Positions 31,465-42,094 are shown, numbered from the whole stretch's first letter. The stretch is DNA of 62,030 nt, filler included, from Candidatus Coatesbacteria bacterium (GCA_016927185.1; 4 parts of 4 records of this genome joined end to end with filler, not necessarily neighbours in it), one strand, 5' to 3'. Made by a program: numbers and translations. Notes: generated by a model from the letters alone, not told the origin.

Positions 31465-33387
31465 TCAGGCTTTTTTCTTTGTAAGATTTAGTCTTCCCCC
31501 AGCTTTTATAACTTCTATTTCCTCGCTATTAAGCGAATGCTTTAGAGTGAATGTGTAATTCTGTGTCTTGTTTTGGGTTACAACTAAGTTTCCATTTTCA
31601 AGCTGATTCTGAATATCATTGATTATAATCTCATCATCCTGCTTTATCCTGTCATAATCCTGTGGATTCTCGAACATGAAGGGAATGATGCCGAAATTGA
31701 TGAGATTAGCAAGGTGGATACGTGCAAATGATTTCACAATCACTGCTTTTATACCAAGAAACATTGGACATAACGCTGCGTGTTCCCTGCTTGAACCCTG
31801 TCCATAATTCTCTCCACCAATAATGAATCCACCATTCTTTTCCTTTGCCCTTCCATAGAATTCTGAATCTATTCCTTCAAAAACATGCTTTGCATATTCA
31901 GGAACATTGGAACGGAGCGGAAGATATTTCCCTGCAGGCATTATATCATCAGTAGTTATATTATCACCAGTTTTTAAAAGCACGGAACCAACAAGTTTTT
32001 CAGGAAGTTCTTCAGCTTTCGGGCATGGTGCTATATTAGGTCCACGCAGTATCTCAATCCTTGAACCATCAATTGGTGGGTATATGAACATGGAATCATC
32101 TATTACGAATTTCTTGGGAGACTTGGCTTTCGGATATTCTCCCAGTATTCTTGGATCAGTAATTTCTCCATAAATTGCTGAAGCAACAGCTACTTCAGGA
32201 CTTACAAGATATATGGATGCATCTTTAGTACCTGAACGTCCCTTGAAATTCCTGTTGAAAGTGCGAAGTGAGACTCCCTTAGAATTAGGAGCAAAGCCCA
32301 TTCCTATACATGGACCGCAGGCATTTTCCAGTATTCTTGCACCTGCTTCAATTAAATAAGTGAGAAGCCCTTCCTTTGCAAGCATCAGGAAAACCTGCCT
32401 TGAACCAGGAGATATTCCAAGTGAAACATCAGGATTAATCTTTTTGCCTTTCAGGATCAATGCAGCTGTTGCAAGATCTTTGTAGCTTGAGTTTGTGCAG
32501 CTTCCAATAGCAACCTGATTGACTTTCATTCCCTTAAGCTCAGTCACTTTGACACCCAAATCTGGCATGTGAGGTGCTGCTGCCATGGGTTCAATAGACG
32601 AGAGATCAATGTGAATCTCCCTGTCATACTTGGCATTTTTGTCAGCATTTAGCTTAATCCAGTCCTGCTCCCTGTTTTGTGCCTTGAGGAATGCTTTTGT
32701 TATATTGTCGCTTGGGAAAACACTTGTTGTTGCACCAAGCTCAGCTCCCATATTGGTTATTGTTGCGCGTTCTGGTACAGACAACGACTTTATGCCTTCG
32801 CCACAATATTCATAAACACAACCTACTCCGCCTTTTACTGTCTCGATTCTGAGAAGCTCTATAATGACGTCTTTTGCACTGCACCATGGATTTAGTTTCC
32901 CGGTTAATACAACCTTTACCACTTTTGGCATTGCCAAAGGGAAGGAAGCTCCACCCATTGCTAAAGCTACATCCAACCCGCCAGCTCCAATAGCAATCAT
33001 TCCTATTCCACCGCCTGTCGGGGTATGGGAATCGCTTCCAAGGAGTGTCTTTCCTGGTTTTCCAAAACGCTCAAGATGAACCTGATGACATATGCCATTT
33101 CCAGCCCTTGAAAATATAATGCCATATTTGGCAGCAATTGATTGCAGATATCTGTGATCATCTGGATTCTTGAAGTCCATCTGCGAAGTATTATGATCAA
33201 CATAGCTCACTGAAAGTTCTGTCTTGATTTTGTCAATTCCAATGCTTTCGAATTGAAGATAAGCCATTGTTCCTGTTGCATCCTGAGTGAGAGTCTGATC
33301 AATTCTTATCTCTATAGGTTCCTGAGCTATCAGTTTACCTGAAACCAAATGATTTTTTATGATTTTCTGGGTAAGGTTAAGTCCCAT
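31465..33387 (-). CDS. Aconitate hydratase (~640-aa type)
   Basis: QDATGT, DSHT, GSCTN, CGPCIG, GQGSSREHA. Confidence 0.95.
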   Translation of the reverse strand: MGLNLTQKIIKNHLVSGKLIAQEPIEIRIDQTLTQDATGTMAYLQFESIGIDKIKTELSVSYVDHNTSQMDFKNPDDHRYLQSIAAKYGIIFSRAGNGICHQVHLERFGKPGKTLLGSDSHTPTGGGIGMIAIGAGGLDVALAMGGASFPLAMPKVVKVVLTGKLNPWCSAKDVIIELLRIETVKGGVGCVYEYCGEGIKSLSVPERATITNMGAELGATTSVFPSDNITKAFLKAQNREQDWIKLNADKNAKYDREIHIDLSSIEPMAAAPHMPDLGVKVTELKGMKVNQVAIGSCTNSSYKDLATAALILKGKKINPDVSLGISPGSRQVFLMLAKEGLLTYLIEAGARILENACGPCIGMGFAPNSKGVSLRTFNRNFKGRSGTKDASIYLVSPEVAVASAIYGEITDPRILGEYPKAKSPKKFVIDDSMFIYPPIDGSRIEILRGPNIAPCPKAEELPEKLVGSVLLKTGDNITTDDIMPAGKYLPLRSNVPEYAKHVFEGIDSEFYGRAKEKNGGFIIGGENYGQGSSREHAALCPMFLGIKAVIVKSFARIHLANLINFGIIPFMFENPQDYDRIKQDDEIIINDIQNQLENGNLVVTQNKTQNYTFTLKHSLNSEEIEVIKAGGRLNLTKKKA

Positions 33388-33442
33388 CTATAACCTCCTT
33401 GAAGTATTTTAATAACAAGGGTCAATCCCTGAAACAGTATCA

Positions 33443-34138
33443 CTAAGGCAAGCTGAAAAAATTATTGAAAATTCTGTTAACTGGAAGTAATCTGAAATCC
33501 ATCCTGTAATTCTCTATATTGTTTGGAGGCCATGGATAATTCTTGTCAAGAGAATGCATTTCGAACAGGAATGAGTAAGCAACAGAATTCTCTATTTCAG
33601 GATGGAACTGGACTCCATATATCTGAGTATCTTTCATAACCATAGCTTGTACTTTGCAGTCTTTTGTTGTTGCAAGGATCTCGAATCTCTCATCAAGATT
33701 ACAGACCTCATCGAAATGAGAAAGAAAAGCTGTGAATTGAAAGGGGAGACCTTCGAGAAGGAAGTATTCATTTGATTTTTCTGTTTTTGTTACAGGATAC
33801 CATCCGAACTCTTTGTAACTGGTTTTTCTTACTCCAGCTGAACCTATGAATGCTTTTGCAATAAGCTGATGACCAAAGCATATTCCTAGTATCTTCTTCC
33901 GTTTTTTTGCTAGATTTATTACCAATTCCATCTCCTGTTCAATCCATTTGTGATTCTCAAGGATTGAACATTCGGAGCCTGATAAAACGAAATAATCAAA
34001 TTCATCTGGATCAGGAAAGCTGTTTTTTGAAGCATCGAACGAAGTAATATAATCCTTGCCATATTTATTGAAATACTGGTTGAATCTATAATCCTCGAAA
34101 TTGTTGATCAAGGCTATTCTTTGCATATTTTCCTTCAC
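33443..34138 (-). CDS. Class I glutamine amidotransferase domain protein
   Basis: LGICFGHQ, QFHPE; start could be ATG 34126. Confidence 0.9.
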   Translation of the reverse strand: MKENMQRIALINNFEDYRFNQYFNKYGKDYITSFDASKNSFPDPDEFDYFVLSGSECSILENHKWIEQEMELVINLAKKRKKILGICFGHQLIAKAFIGSAGVRKTSYKEFGWYPVTKTEKSNEYFLLEGLPFQFTAFLSHFDEVCNLDERFEILATTKDCKVQAMVMKDTQIYGVQFHPEIENSVAYSFLFEMHSLDKNYPWPPNNIENYRMDFRLLPVNRIFNNFFSLP

Positions 34139-34153
34139 TTTCCTTCTAAAAAC

Positions 34154-34672
34154 CTACCTGTCAAAAAAGATATTCTTTCCTGTTGCTGACAATGGAATTC
34201 CCATCACGATATCCCAGTCTACCATTCCCATATTCCTTGCAACAGCACCAACTCTGTACATTATCCTGTTATCAATATTGTGATTCATTGCTGTTTTTAC
34301 AGCACTGCCTAAAGCGATACCTAAATCTATAAGCCTGAAAGCACAAATCAAGCCCTTGAATTCATTTTCCTGCTTAACCTTGAGAGCTTCTGCACATGTA
34401 GGGAATCCACATGCGCCGCAATTGATAAGTGCTGGAGGTGCATCCTTCAAACCTATCAGGACAATTGCAGATGATTTCAGTACTCCTTTTGCATCTCTAT
34501 CGAAATTTGTCCTGTTAGTCTTTTCTCCATATTCCACCATCTTTTCTGCCAGGTTTCTTATTTCATCTTCATCATCTATTATTTTTATGCTTATATAATC
34601 TTCGCCTCTTGTCTTGGGTGCAGTTACTGCAGAAACAGCCATGAGCTCTGCTATGGTCGTCAATATTTTCAT
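34154..34672 (-). CDS. DUF2148-type ferredoxin-like domain protein
   Basis: TAPKTRG, NCGACGFPTC, DLGIALGSA, DNRIMY. Confidence 0.85.
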   Translation of the reverse strand: MKILTTIAELMAVSAVTAPKTRGEDYISIKIIDDEDEIRNLAEKMVEYGEKTNRTNFDRDAKGVLKSSAIVLIGLKDAPPALINCGACGFPTCAEALKVKQENEFKGLICAFRLIDLGIALGSAVKTAMNHNIDNRIMYRVGAVARNMGMVDWDIVMGIPLSATGKNIFFDR

Positions 34673-34689
34673 TTAAAATCCTTTCATTG

Positions 34690-35196
34690 TCATTTTCTGA
34701 TTAGTATGCCTTCTTTTTCAAGAAGAATTCTTTTCATCTTCACATCACATATGAATCCTCCAAGAGATCCATCAGACTTAATCACTCTATGACATGGAAT
34801 GATAATTGGAACTGGATTTCTACCTATTGCATTACCTACAGCTCTTGCCGAATCAGGATGTCCTATATTCTTTGCAATTGCAGCATAAGTTCTTATAGAA
34901 CCATAGGGAATTTCAATTAGCTTTTTCCATACACTCATTTGAAATGGTGTTCCTGATATATCAAGCTTGAGTTTTCTAAGTCCCTTGTCATTCTTGTCAA
35001 AAAAATAGGATCTAAGTGAACGAATGGTTGAATTCAAAGGTCTTTGATCCTCATCAGCATATAAACTTATCTGAGAGTACCAGTCAGGCATAGCAGATGC
35101 GAAAATAATCCTTTTCAAGCCAAGGGGAGAGGAAATCAGTATAAGCAGTCCAACAGGTGAAGGCCATGGGTAAAAAGAATATCTTGTTTTTGGCAT
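34690..35196 (-). CDS. ogt: Methylated-DNA--protein-cysteine methyltransferase
   Basis: GTPFQ..VW, IPYG, RAVG, PCHRV. Confidence 0.93.
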   Translation of the reverse strand: MPKTRYSFYPWPSPVGLLILISSPLGLKRIIFASAMPDWYSQISLYADEDQRPLNSTIRSLRSYFFDKNDKGLRKLKLDISGTPFQMSVWKKLIEIPYGSIRTYAAIAKNIGHPDSARAVGNAIGRNPVPIIIPCHRVIKSDGSLGGFICDVKMKRILLEKEGILIRK

Positions 35197-35466
35197 TAAT
35201 CTTTGATTTGATAAGTAGCAACTTTTGTCAATATTAATAATTAGCACGAATGATTAATTATGAAATTCAGTAAGATAATCTATGAATAAATCTTGTTTTG
35301 CTTTATGTAAAATATTGTAATATAATAACTTATGGGATAAAGTAACAATAAGATAATTGGAGTAAATAGATAACACTTTCAATTTACAGAATGAAGATGA
35401 ACAGTATAAAAGATGGTTAAATATCTCCTTGACTGATTTTAATAGTTTTAATGCATGTTAAGCAAT

Positions 35467-36924
35467 ATGAAAATCATCTTCACTACAAGCGAGATTTATC
35501 CATTCAGCAAGACAGGTGGTCTTGCTGATGTTTCTTTTTCACTCCCAAAGGCTTTGTCATCTCTTGATAATGAAATAATGATAATATCTCCTCTTTACAA
35601 ATGCATAGACAGGAAAAAGAACAGATTGAAAATTGTCATACCGATTCTGGAAATACCAATGGGTTGGTTCAAGCATTTCTGTTCTGTATGGACATCAGCA
35701 ACCCCCAGGAAAAATCTTAAAATTTTTTTCATAGAACATGAAAGATTTTATGGAAGAAATGGTTTGTATGGAGAAAGCGATTACAGTTATGGAGATAATC
35801 TTGAAAGATTTGCAATGCTTTCAAGAGCTTCTCTGGAAATAGCGAAATTTTACAAGTTCGTGCCAGATATAATACATTCAAATGACTGGCAGACAGCTCT
35901 TGTTCCCGTATTCTTGAGGGAATTGGAGAAAACCAATCCTTTTTTCAAGAAAACTAAAACATTACTCACCATTCATAATATGGGATATCAGGGGGATTTT
36001 CCTGTTAGAGAGTTTCCTCTTACCGGACTCTACTGGGATGCTTTTTACAGAAGAAGTTTCGAATTTTATGGAAAACTTAATTTCCTGAAAGCAGGTCTAT
36101 ATAATGCTGATAAGATTTCAACTGTATCACCTTCTTATGCAAGAGAAATACTGACATATGAAGGCGGTTGGAGTCTTGATGGTGTATTGAGAGACAGGAA
36201 GCAAGATCTTGTTGGTATATTGAATGGAGTGGATTATTCAATATGGAATCCAGCTACCGACAAACTTATCCCTTTCAATTATGATGTTAATGATATAGAG
36301 AATAAGATGAAATGCAAACTTGAACTTCAAAAAAGAACTGGATTACCTCAATCAGAGCAAATACCATTGTTTGGGGTTATATCAAGATTTGCATACCAGA
36401 AGGGGATTGATGTTCTTGCACAGGTAATTCCAAAACTATTGCTTGAAAACATCCAGTTTATTATCCTGGGGGATGGTGATTCTTACCTGGAACATATTTT
36501 TGGTATATTGCCAAGACATTATCCAGAGAAATGTGCTTCGTATATTGGGTATAATAATGAGTTATCCCACATGATTGAGGCGGGAGCTGATTTTTTTATA
36601 ATGCCTTCCAGATATGAACCTTGTGGACTTAATCAGATGTATTCACTTAAATATGGTACGCTTCCTGTTGTCAGGAAAGCAGGTGGTCTTGCTGATACTG
36701 TAGAGAATCTGGATGTTTATACTGGAAAAGGAAATGGTTTTGTTTTTAATGATTTATCCCAGGAATCGTTATTGAATACAATAAAATGGGCTTATAATAT
36801 TTGGCGGGAAAGACCTGATTTCATAAGCAAGATGAGAAGAGCAGCAATGGAATGTGATTTTTCATGGAAGAAAAGTGCTATAAGTTATATGAATCTTTTC
36901 AAGGAAATGGCAGGTATGAATTGA
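35467..36924 (+). CDS. glgA: Glycogen synthase
   Basis: KTGGLADV, NDWQT, TIHN, PSRYEPCGL; start 35455 or 35467. Confidence 0.95.
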   Translation: MKIIFTTSEIYPFSKTGGLADVSFSLPKALSSLDNEIMIISPLYKCIDRKKNRLKIVIPILEIPMGWFKHFCSVWTSATPRKNLKIFFIEHERFYGRNGLYGESDYSYGDNLERFAMLSRASLEIAKFYKFVPDIIHSNDWQTALVPVFLRELEKTNPFFKKTKTLLTIHNMGYQGDFPVREFPLTGLYWDAFYRRSFEFYGKLNFLKAGLYNADKISTVSPSYAREILTYEGGWSLDGVLRDRKQDLVGILNGVDYSIWNPATDKLIPFNYDVNDIENKMKCKLELQKRTGLPQSEQIPLFGVISRFAYQKGIDVLAQVIPKLLLENIQFIILGDGDSYLEHIFGILPRHYPEKCASYIGYNNELSHMIEAGADFFIMPSRYEPCGLNQMYSLKYGTLPVVRKAGGLADTVENLDVYTGKGNGFVFNDLSQESLLNTIKWAYNIWRERPDFISKMRRAAMECDFSWKKSAISYMNLFKEMAGMN

Positions 36925-36925
36925 T

Positions 36926-37090
36926 ATGAAATACTGTGATATATTTTGTGAACATGCAGAATTCCCTTCAAAGGATGCACTAGATGGTGCGTGCAGGAGA
37001 GAGGTTTCTCTTTATTGCAAGCTGCTTGAAAGACTTGTACTGAAAAATTCTCCATGCAAAGCTGGTATTAATGAAGAGAGTGATAAATGA
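36926..37090 (+). CDS. Small Cys-rich protein (54 aa; missed by ORF track)
   Basis: MKYCDIFCEHAEFPSKDALDGACRREVSLYCKLLERLVLKNSPCKAGINEESDK; starts 1 nt after the glgA stop and overlaps the next gene by ATGA. Confidence 0.75.
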   Translation: MKYCDIFCEHAEFPSKDALDGACRREVSLYCKLLERLVLKNSPCKAGINEESDK

Positions 37091-38121
37091 GAATTGTATT
37101 TCTGATAATAATTTCATTATCAAGCATAGTTGCATCTTATGGTCCTGAAGCTGTCGTATCTGATTCAATATGGAATGTAGGAGACATAAAGCAGAATGAA
37201 ATTAAGCACTTTGAAATAACAATCTGGAACAAGGGATCTCATCCACTCGTACTTAAAACAGCAAGAGGAACCTGCAATTGTGTTGTAGCAGATTATCCGA
37301 AACAGGCAATTCAGATGCAGAAAAGCGGGAAAATACTTCTGGGATTCAGGGGCAAGAATATGCTCCCGGGAGAAGTCAATGAGACGGTATATTTACATAC
37401 GAATGATACAGGTAACCAGATAATTCCCATCTTGATCAAGGCAAATGTAATAGACAGCAAAGAGAAATTAAAAAATCCAGGTATAAAACTGAAGATAAAC
37501 AATGTGGAAGATCTGGAATTCGGGGTAGTTCCTCCTCAAACAAAGATAAAGACATTTCTGAAATTATATAATCCAAGTAATTTCAGCATTTCAGTTAAAG
37601 ATGTTAGAGCTACGTGTGCCTGTACATTCCTGGAAAAAATTGCCTTCAGTATTCTTTCAAAAACTGAATATACAATTCCAGTAGTTATAAATACCAAGGA
37701 TAAATATGGACATTTTAATGAGAAGATTTATGTTACTCAGAATAATCTTGTAGATGATGTTCTGGAAGTTAAGATACATGCGACACTCTTATCTGGTTCT
37801 AACTATCTAGATCTTTATCCGAATATTTTAGAACTGCTGCCTGAAGCCGAACCTGAATTCATGAACCTGAAGGTTAAAAATAACTGTATGGAGAAGATTG
37901 ATGTTGAAATAACACAACTGGATTCAGGGCTGTTTGTTTCAGGCGAAAGGAAGTTCAATCTTGCATCTGGGGAAACAAGGGAATTCGGTATATATATAAT
38001 AGATTATGTTCCTGCTAGCAAAGCCTTGTTGCCATTGATATTCAATATAAAGGCAAGGAATAAATTCGCTGAAAAACTATGCTTGCCGATATTTTTCAGG
38101 GAAGCAGAGAGATCTAGTTAG
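37087..38121 (+). CDS. Exported DUF1573-type Ig-like domain protein (two copies)
   Basis: Signal peptide; NKGSHPL...TCNCV and FG...N...TCACT repeats. Confidence 0.8.
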   Translation: MRIVFLIIISLSSIVASYGPEAVVSDSIWNVGDIKQNEIKHFEITIWNKGSHPLVLKTARGTCNCVVADYPKQAIQMQKSGKILLGFRGKNMLPGEVNETVYLHTNDTGNQIIPILIKANVIDSKEKLKNPGIKLKINNVEDLEFGVVPPQTKIKTFLKLYNPSNFSISVKDVRATCACTFLEKIAFSILSKTEYTIPVVINTKDKYGHFNEKIYVTQNNLVDDVLEVKIHATLLSGSNYLDLYPNILELLPEAEPEFMNLKVKNNCMEKIDVEITQLDSGLFVSGERKFNLASGETREFGIYIIDYVPASKALLPLIFNIKARNKFAEKLCLPIFFREAERSS

Positions 38122-38130
38122 TTTATATTT

Positions 38131-39810
38131 TTATGGTTTCTTGAAAATTATAATCTCGAATTTCCTGTTATTGAAATAAGGTGAAATATTTTCTTCTTGA
38201 TAGATTATTTTATATCCTGATGGATATTTATCAATATTAGATGAATACCTTGAATCCCAGATAACTGGATAATCAAGATCTTCATATTTATTGCTCTCTC
38301 TATAATCAATTTTCATATCCTTTGAATGCTTCGCAAAGAAATACCATATTAAACTGTTATTGCATCTCGCCTTTTTCTCATTACTGAGATTCTTGATAAA
38401 CCATTTGACAGCATTTTCACACATTTTTTCCTCAATATTCATTCTCTGATAGAACTGTCTTGGTTTTGCAAAACTCATTATAGGCAGAATTAGTGAAACA
38501 GGAAGAGCAGAAATGAATATAATGGGAAAAATGATTTCAAGCTTCTTGTTTTTCGTTCTTGAAAGGACTGTTTTCACTATGAAAGCTGAAGCTGATAAAA
38601 CAAGCCAGAATCTGGCCAGTCTTATGTAAGGAAACGGGATTTCAAATGAAGTAAAATACTTGAGAAACACCTGCAGTAAAAGTACTGATGATAATGCTAT
38701 TATAATCCATTTATTTATGAAATGCCAGTTGAAACCAAATATCATGAAACTGCTTAGGATAATAAAAATCGGGATGTATCTATAAAGGTAAGTCTGTTCC
38801 AGATGCCTTCCCTGAATCTCGTAATATCCATCTACTAAAATGAAAAGGAAGGAAGCGAGATAAAAAAGGTGAGGAGATAACTGCTTTTTAGAGAGATTAC
38901 TGAAACCGATTGATGCAATAATACATACAACAGGAGAGATTGTAACGAAAAACCTGTCATATCTGCTATAAGTTCCAATATATGAGAGTATAATATTGAT
39001 AAGCATGAAAATGGAAAACAAAAAAATATACAAAGGTTTTTCTTTCAAGGATTTGACAAATCCAATTAACAGAAGGAATAATCCTGCCGGTCCGAATATA
39101 TGTATCAATCTCTTGAACCAGTAAGAAACATCTACAGATTCCTGTCTGTATTTTGTGCCATATATTCTGAACGATTCATATAACCATAATGCATCTTTAG
39201 TATATATAAAGCTTGTTATCCACCACAATAGAAGCCCGTATAATGAAACAAGAACTGCTTTCAGTTCTTTCCTTGTAAGCCAGTAGATTATGAAACATGC
39301 AAGCAGGAAGGCTCCTTCGAATCTAGTAAGTGGAAGCAATCCCCCGAATAAAGCTGATATCTTGTATTTTTCTGAAGCAGTGAAATAGCAGGTTAATATC
39401 AATAACAATGCTGCTAGGGGTTCAGTCAGATTTGCTATGGAAATGCTGAAGAATGCTGGAAAAGTTGCAAGTATAAGAACTGAGATCAAGCTGTTGATTT
39501 GAAGTCGTCTTGACAAACTGAAAACAAGAAACAATGTCATGGTTGAAATAATTAGTGTAAGCAATCGTGCATATTCTATACCTGCTCTCACAAACGGATA
39601 ATAAAGAAGCGCAAATAATGGCTTATTATAAACCTCTATAAGATTACCGAATCTGTCTTTGGCTGAGTAAGTAAGCATGTAATGAGCAATTTCGTCTTCA
39701 GTAAAGAATCCATCTGAATTTTTTATCCTTAACAAACCGATAAGGAAAAAAACTGACAGAATTAAAATTAAAACTGAAATTTCCAGATAAACATGCTTAT
39801 GCTTCTTCAT
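38131..39810 (-). CDS. Multi-pass membrane protein, GT-C/PMT-like glycosyltransferase
   Basis: TM helix then EDE motif, KPLF, TEP, LTRFEG; many TM segments; start at ATG 39810. Confidence 0.7.
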   Translation of the reverse strand: MKKHKHVYLEISVLILILSVFFLIGLLRIKNSDGFFTEDEIAHYMLTYSAKDRFGNLIEVYNKPLFALLYYPFVRAGIEYARLLTLIISTMTLFLVFSLSRRLQINSLISVLILATFPAFFSISIANLTEPLAALLLILTCYFTASEKYKISALFGGLLPLTRFEGAFLLACFIIYWLTRKELKAVLVSLYGLLLWWITSFIYTKDALWLYESFRIYGTKYRQESVDVSYWFKRLIHIFGPAGLFLLLIGFVKSLKEKPLYIFLFSIFMLINIILSYIGTYSRYDRFFVTISPVVCIIASIGFSNLSKKQLSPHLFYLASFLFILVDGYYEIQGRHLEQTYLYRYIPIFIILSSFMIFGFNWHFINKWIIIALSSVLLLQVFLKYFTSFEIPFPYIRLARFWLVLSASAFIVKTVLSRTKNKKLEIIFPIIFISALPVSLILPIMSFAKPRQFYQRMNIEEKMCENAVKWFIKNLSNEKKARCNNSLIWYFFAKHSKDMKIDYRESNKYEDLDYPVIWDSRYSSNIDKYPSGYKIIYQEENISPYFNNRKFEIIIFKKP

Positions 39811-40852
39811 AGGCTTTTTTCGTTGTATCTGCGATTTCCTTCCAGTCGCATGAAAGAGATATTTGATAAGCTTTTTCAGATGCCTTTTCAAGATCCAAAT
39901 TCTGAAGATTCATAAATGCATCTTTCAATGATTCTTTGCTTTCTGGATCGTAGAGAATCCCAGAACCTTCTGAAACCATTTCCTCGAAAAAAGGAGATTT
40001 AGGAGCTAGAACAGGCTTCTTCTGGGAAAATGCCAATAATAAGCTTCCTGAAGTGAATATTTTCCTATAAGACAACCAGATAATATCTGCGGCAGAGAAA
40101 TAAATATTAATGTCAGAATCTGGTATGTATTCTGTTCTCAATATAATCCTGTCTGTGTTATTATCTGCCAACTCCTTTAGCAGTCTCATTTCTTCCTTGT
40201 CTCCTTCAGAACCAGCTATAAGCAGTTTGTAATCGGGTGGAGCTATTTCGATAAAATCACATGCAGATTTATAAACTCCCTTATAGCTCCTGAGCATACC
40301 CAAAATCATCAGATAAAATGCATCTTTGTCAAGATTTAGTTTTTCCCTTGCTAAATTCTTGTCTACAGGTGGTAGATATTTATTCAAATAGTTTCCATGT
40401 TTTATCTTGTAGAATTTTCTGCCACCAAACTCCTTTTTCACAGCCTTTTCTGCAGCTGCAAAATGAATAAATAATCCATCAGCCAGCATTGCAAGTATTT
40501 TCCTTGAAATTTTATGACGAAACATGTTTTTGTAGTCATGGGGATAAAGGTTGTGGACTGTCCAGAAGATCTTGTATCTCAGCATTTTAGATAATACTAT
40601 TGTGAAGCAGAAATTCAGGAATTTTATATTCCGCTTGATTTTGTTTTCATGATCATTGTAAGCAGATGGCCAGTGAAAATGTATTATATCAAGTTTTCTT
40701 AAATTACGTAAAAGAAATATAATATTGAATCTGCTGTCATGATTTATTATTTCAACTCCTTCTTTTTCAAGTGATTCTGAGAGTAGGTCAAGATAAGGAT
40801 TCTTTTTCAGATTAAAAGGCATGAAGGTAGCAACGATATGATCTTTTTTCAT
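39797..40852 (-). CDS. Glycosyltransferase, GT4-like
   Basis: NPY, HFHW, WTVHN, GMLRSYKG, TSGSLLLA. Confidence 0.88.
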   Translation of the reverse strand: MKKDHIVATFMPFNLKKNPYLDLLSESLEKEGVEIINHDSRFNIIFLLRNLRKLDIIHFHWPSAYNDHENKIKRNIKFLNFCFTIVLSKMLRYKIFWTVHNLYPHDYKNMFRHKISRKILAMLADGLFIHFAAAEKAVKKEFGGRKFYKIKHGNYLNKYLPPVDKNLAREKLNLDKDAFYLMILGMLRSYKGVYKSACDFIEIAPPDYKLLIAGSEGDKEEMRLLKELADNNTDRIILRTEYIPDSDINIYFSAADIIWLSYRKIFTSGSLLLAFSQKKPVLAPKSPFFEEMVSEGSGILYDPESKESLKDAFMNLQNLDLEKASEKAYQISLSCDWKEIADTTKKAYEEA

Positions 40853-41889
40853 TACAAACTATTTATTATCTCTATAAGTCTTTCAACTCTTATATTGATT
40901 GTGTGTTCCCTTTTCACTCTTTCATATCCAGCTTTTCCAATCTCCTCACGCATGGCTTTGTCATGAAGAAGAATTCTTGACTGTTTGACAAATTCATCTT
41001 TATCCTTGAAGGTCATAAGTTCCTTTCCTATTTCAAAGTACTCAGAAATACCTGGTTTGTAATCAACTAGCTGGCAGGCTTTTGCTGCAGGAATTTCAAA
41101 TAATCTGTAATTACCACCTGAAATCTCCAGTTTTCTGTGAATGTTGAGAACAATTGCAGAGGATTTCATGATTGAAATCATTTCACTGCCATATACTTCA
41201 GCTCTAAGATTACTTGATAACCCTCCTTCACTCACAATCTCTTTGTTGTAGGAATAAATCCTGAATGGCAGATCTGCTATTTTCCTGAAATACTCAAGTC
41301 TTTCCTCATTCACTGCTCCTGTAAAAACAATCGAATTTTCCAGTTCTTTGTCAGGAGATGGTGAAACTGCATTGAAATTGTCAATATCAATACCGAAGGG
41401 CAACCTTTCCGTTCTTCTGCAACCTATATTTTTAAAGATTTTTTCATATTCAGGATCATAGTATAAGAGGCAATCCGCTTCTATATATGATTTTAGAATT
41501 AATTTATTTATGTAGTCCGGATGAACTCCCAGCCATCCAAGTAATGGTATCTTGCCTTTAAACATTTCAAGAAAAAAGTAAAAGTATGAAAAATCTACTG
41601 GATGAAAGAGGATAATATCAGGTTCAAAATTCACTATTTTCTCATGAAGCTCATGTATCAGCATTTTATCATAAGGAAAATCTATTATTCTTCTTAGATT
41701 ATATCTTATTCCCAAGTAATATTTACCAAAGAGGTATTTCATAAATTTGTCCTGAAAAAATTCAACAAATGAAAATATCCTTATATCGTATCCTTTCATC
41801 TTAAGGATTTTCGCTATTGAGGAAAAATAGACAGAAATAAATAATGTAACCTTATCAAAATTTACTGGAGCAACGATTGCTATTTTCAT
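40852..41889 (-). CDS. Glycosyltransferase, CgeB-like
   Basis: IVLNIH, NYRLFEIPA, IGKAGYERVKREHT. Confidence 0.85.
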   Translation of the reverse strand: MKIAIVAPVNFDKVTLFISVYFSSIAKILKMKGYDIRIFSFVEFFQDKFMKYLFGKYYLGIRYNLRRIIDFPYDKMLIHELHEKIVNFEPDIILFHPVDFSYFYFFLEMFKGKIPLLGWLGVHPDYINKLILKSYIEADCLLYYDPEYEKIFKNIGCRRTERLPFGIDIDNFNAVSPSPDKELENSIVFTGAVNEERLEYFRKIADLPFRIYSYNKEIVSEGGLSSNLRAEVYGSEMISIMKSSAIVLNIHRKLEISGGNYRLFEIPAAKACQLVDYKPGISEYFEIGKELMTFKDKDEFVKQSRILLHDKAMREEIGKAGYERVKREHTINIRVERLIEIINSL

Positions 41890-41920
41890 TCAACTTTTCT
41901 TTCTTCTACTAATGAGCCAC

Positions 41921-42020
41921 NNNNNNNNNNNNNNNNNNNNNNNNNNNNNNNNNNNNNNNNNNNNTTAATTAATTAANNNNNNNNNNNNNNNNNNNNNNNN
42001 NNNNNNNNNNNNNNNNNNNN
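41921..42020. other. Artificial contig spacer
   Basis: N run with TTAATTAATTAA. Confidence 0.98.
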
Positions 42021-42025
42021 ATGGC

Positions 42026-42080
42026 TCCTCAAATATCCTGCGCATTTTGAGATCAAAAGTCCTCAAATATCCTGCGCATT
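42026..42080. repeat. Two exact 21-bp direct repeats at a contig edge (possible mobile element end)
   Basis: TCCTCAAATATCCTGCGCATT at 42026-42046 and 42060-42080, 13-nt spacer. Confidence 0.8.
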
Positions 42081-42094
42081 GCCTTGTTTTTCTC

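Noticed and set aside
37267-37630. Sec in the CxC motifs of the DUF1573-type protein
   Set aside because: All four codons are TGC/TGT, with no in-frame TGA.
41890-41920. tRNA 3' end (GTGGCTCA on minus strand) at the contig edge
   Set aside because: Better explained as the last codons of an upstream gene (WLISRRKKS-TGA) abutting the ATG at 41889.
42026-42080. CRISPR array
   Set aside because: Only two 21-bp copies with a 13-nt spacer, and no cas genes seen.
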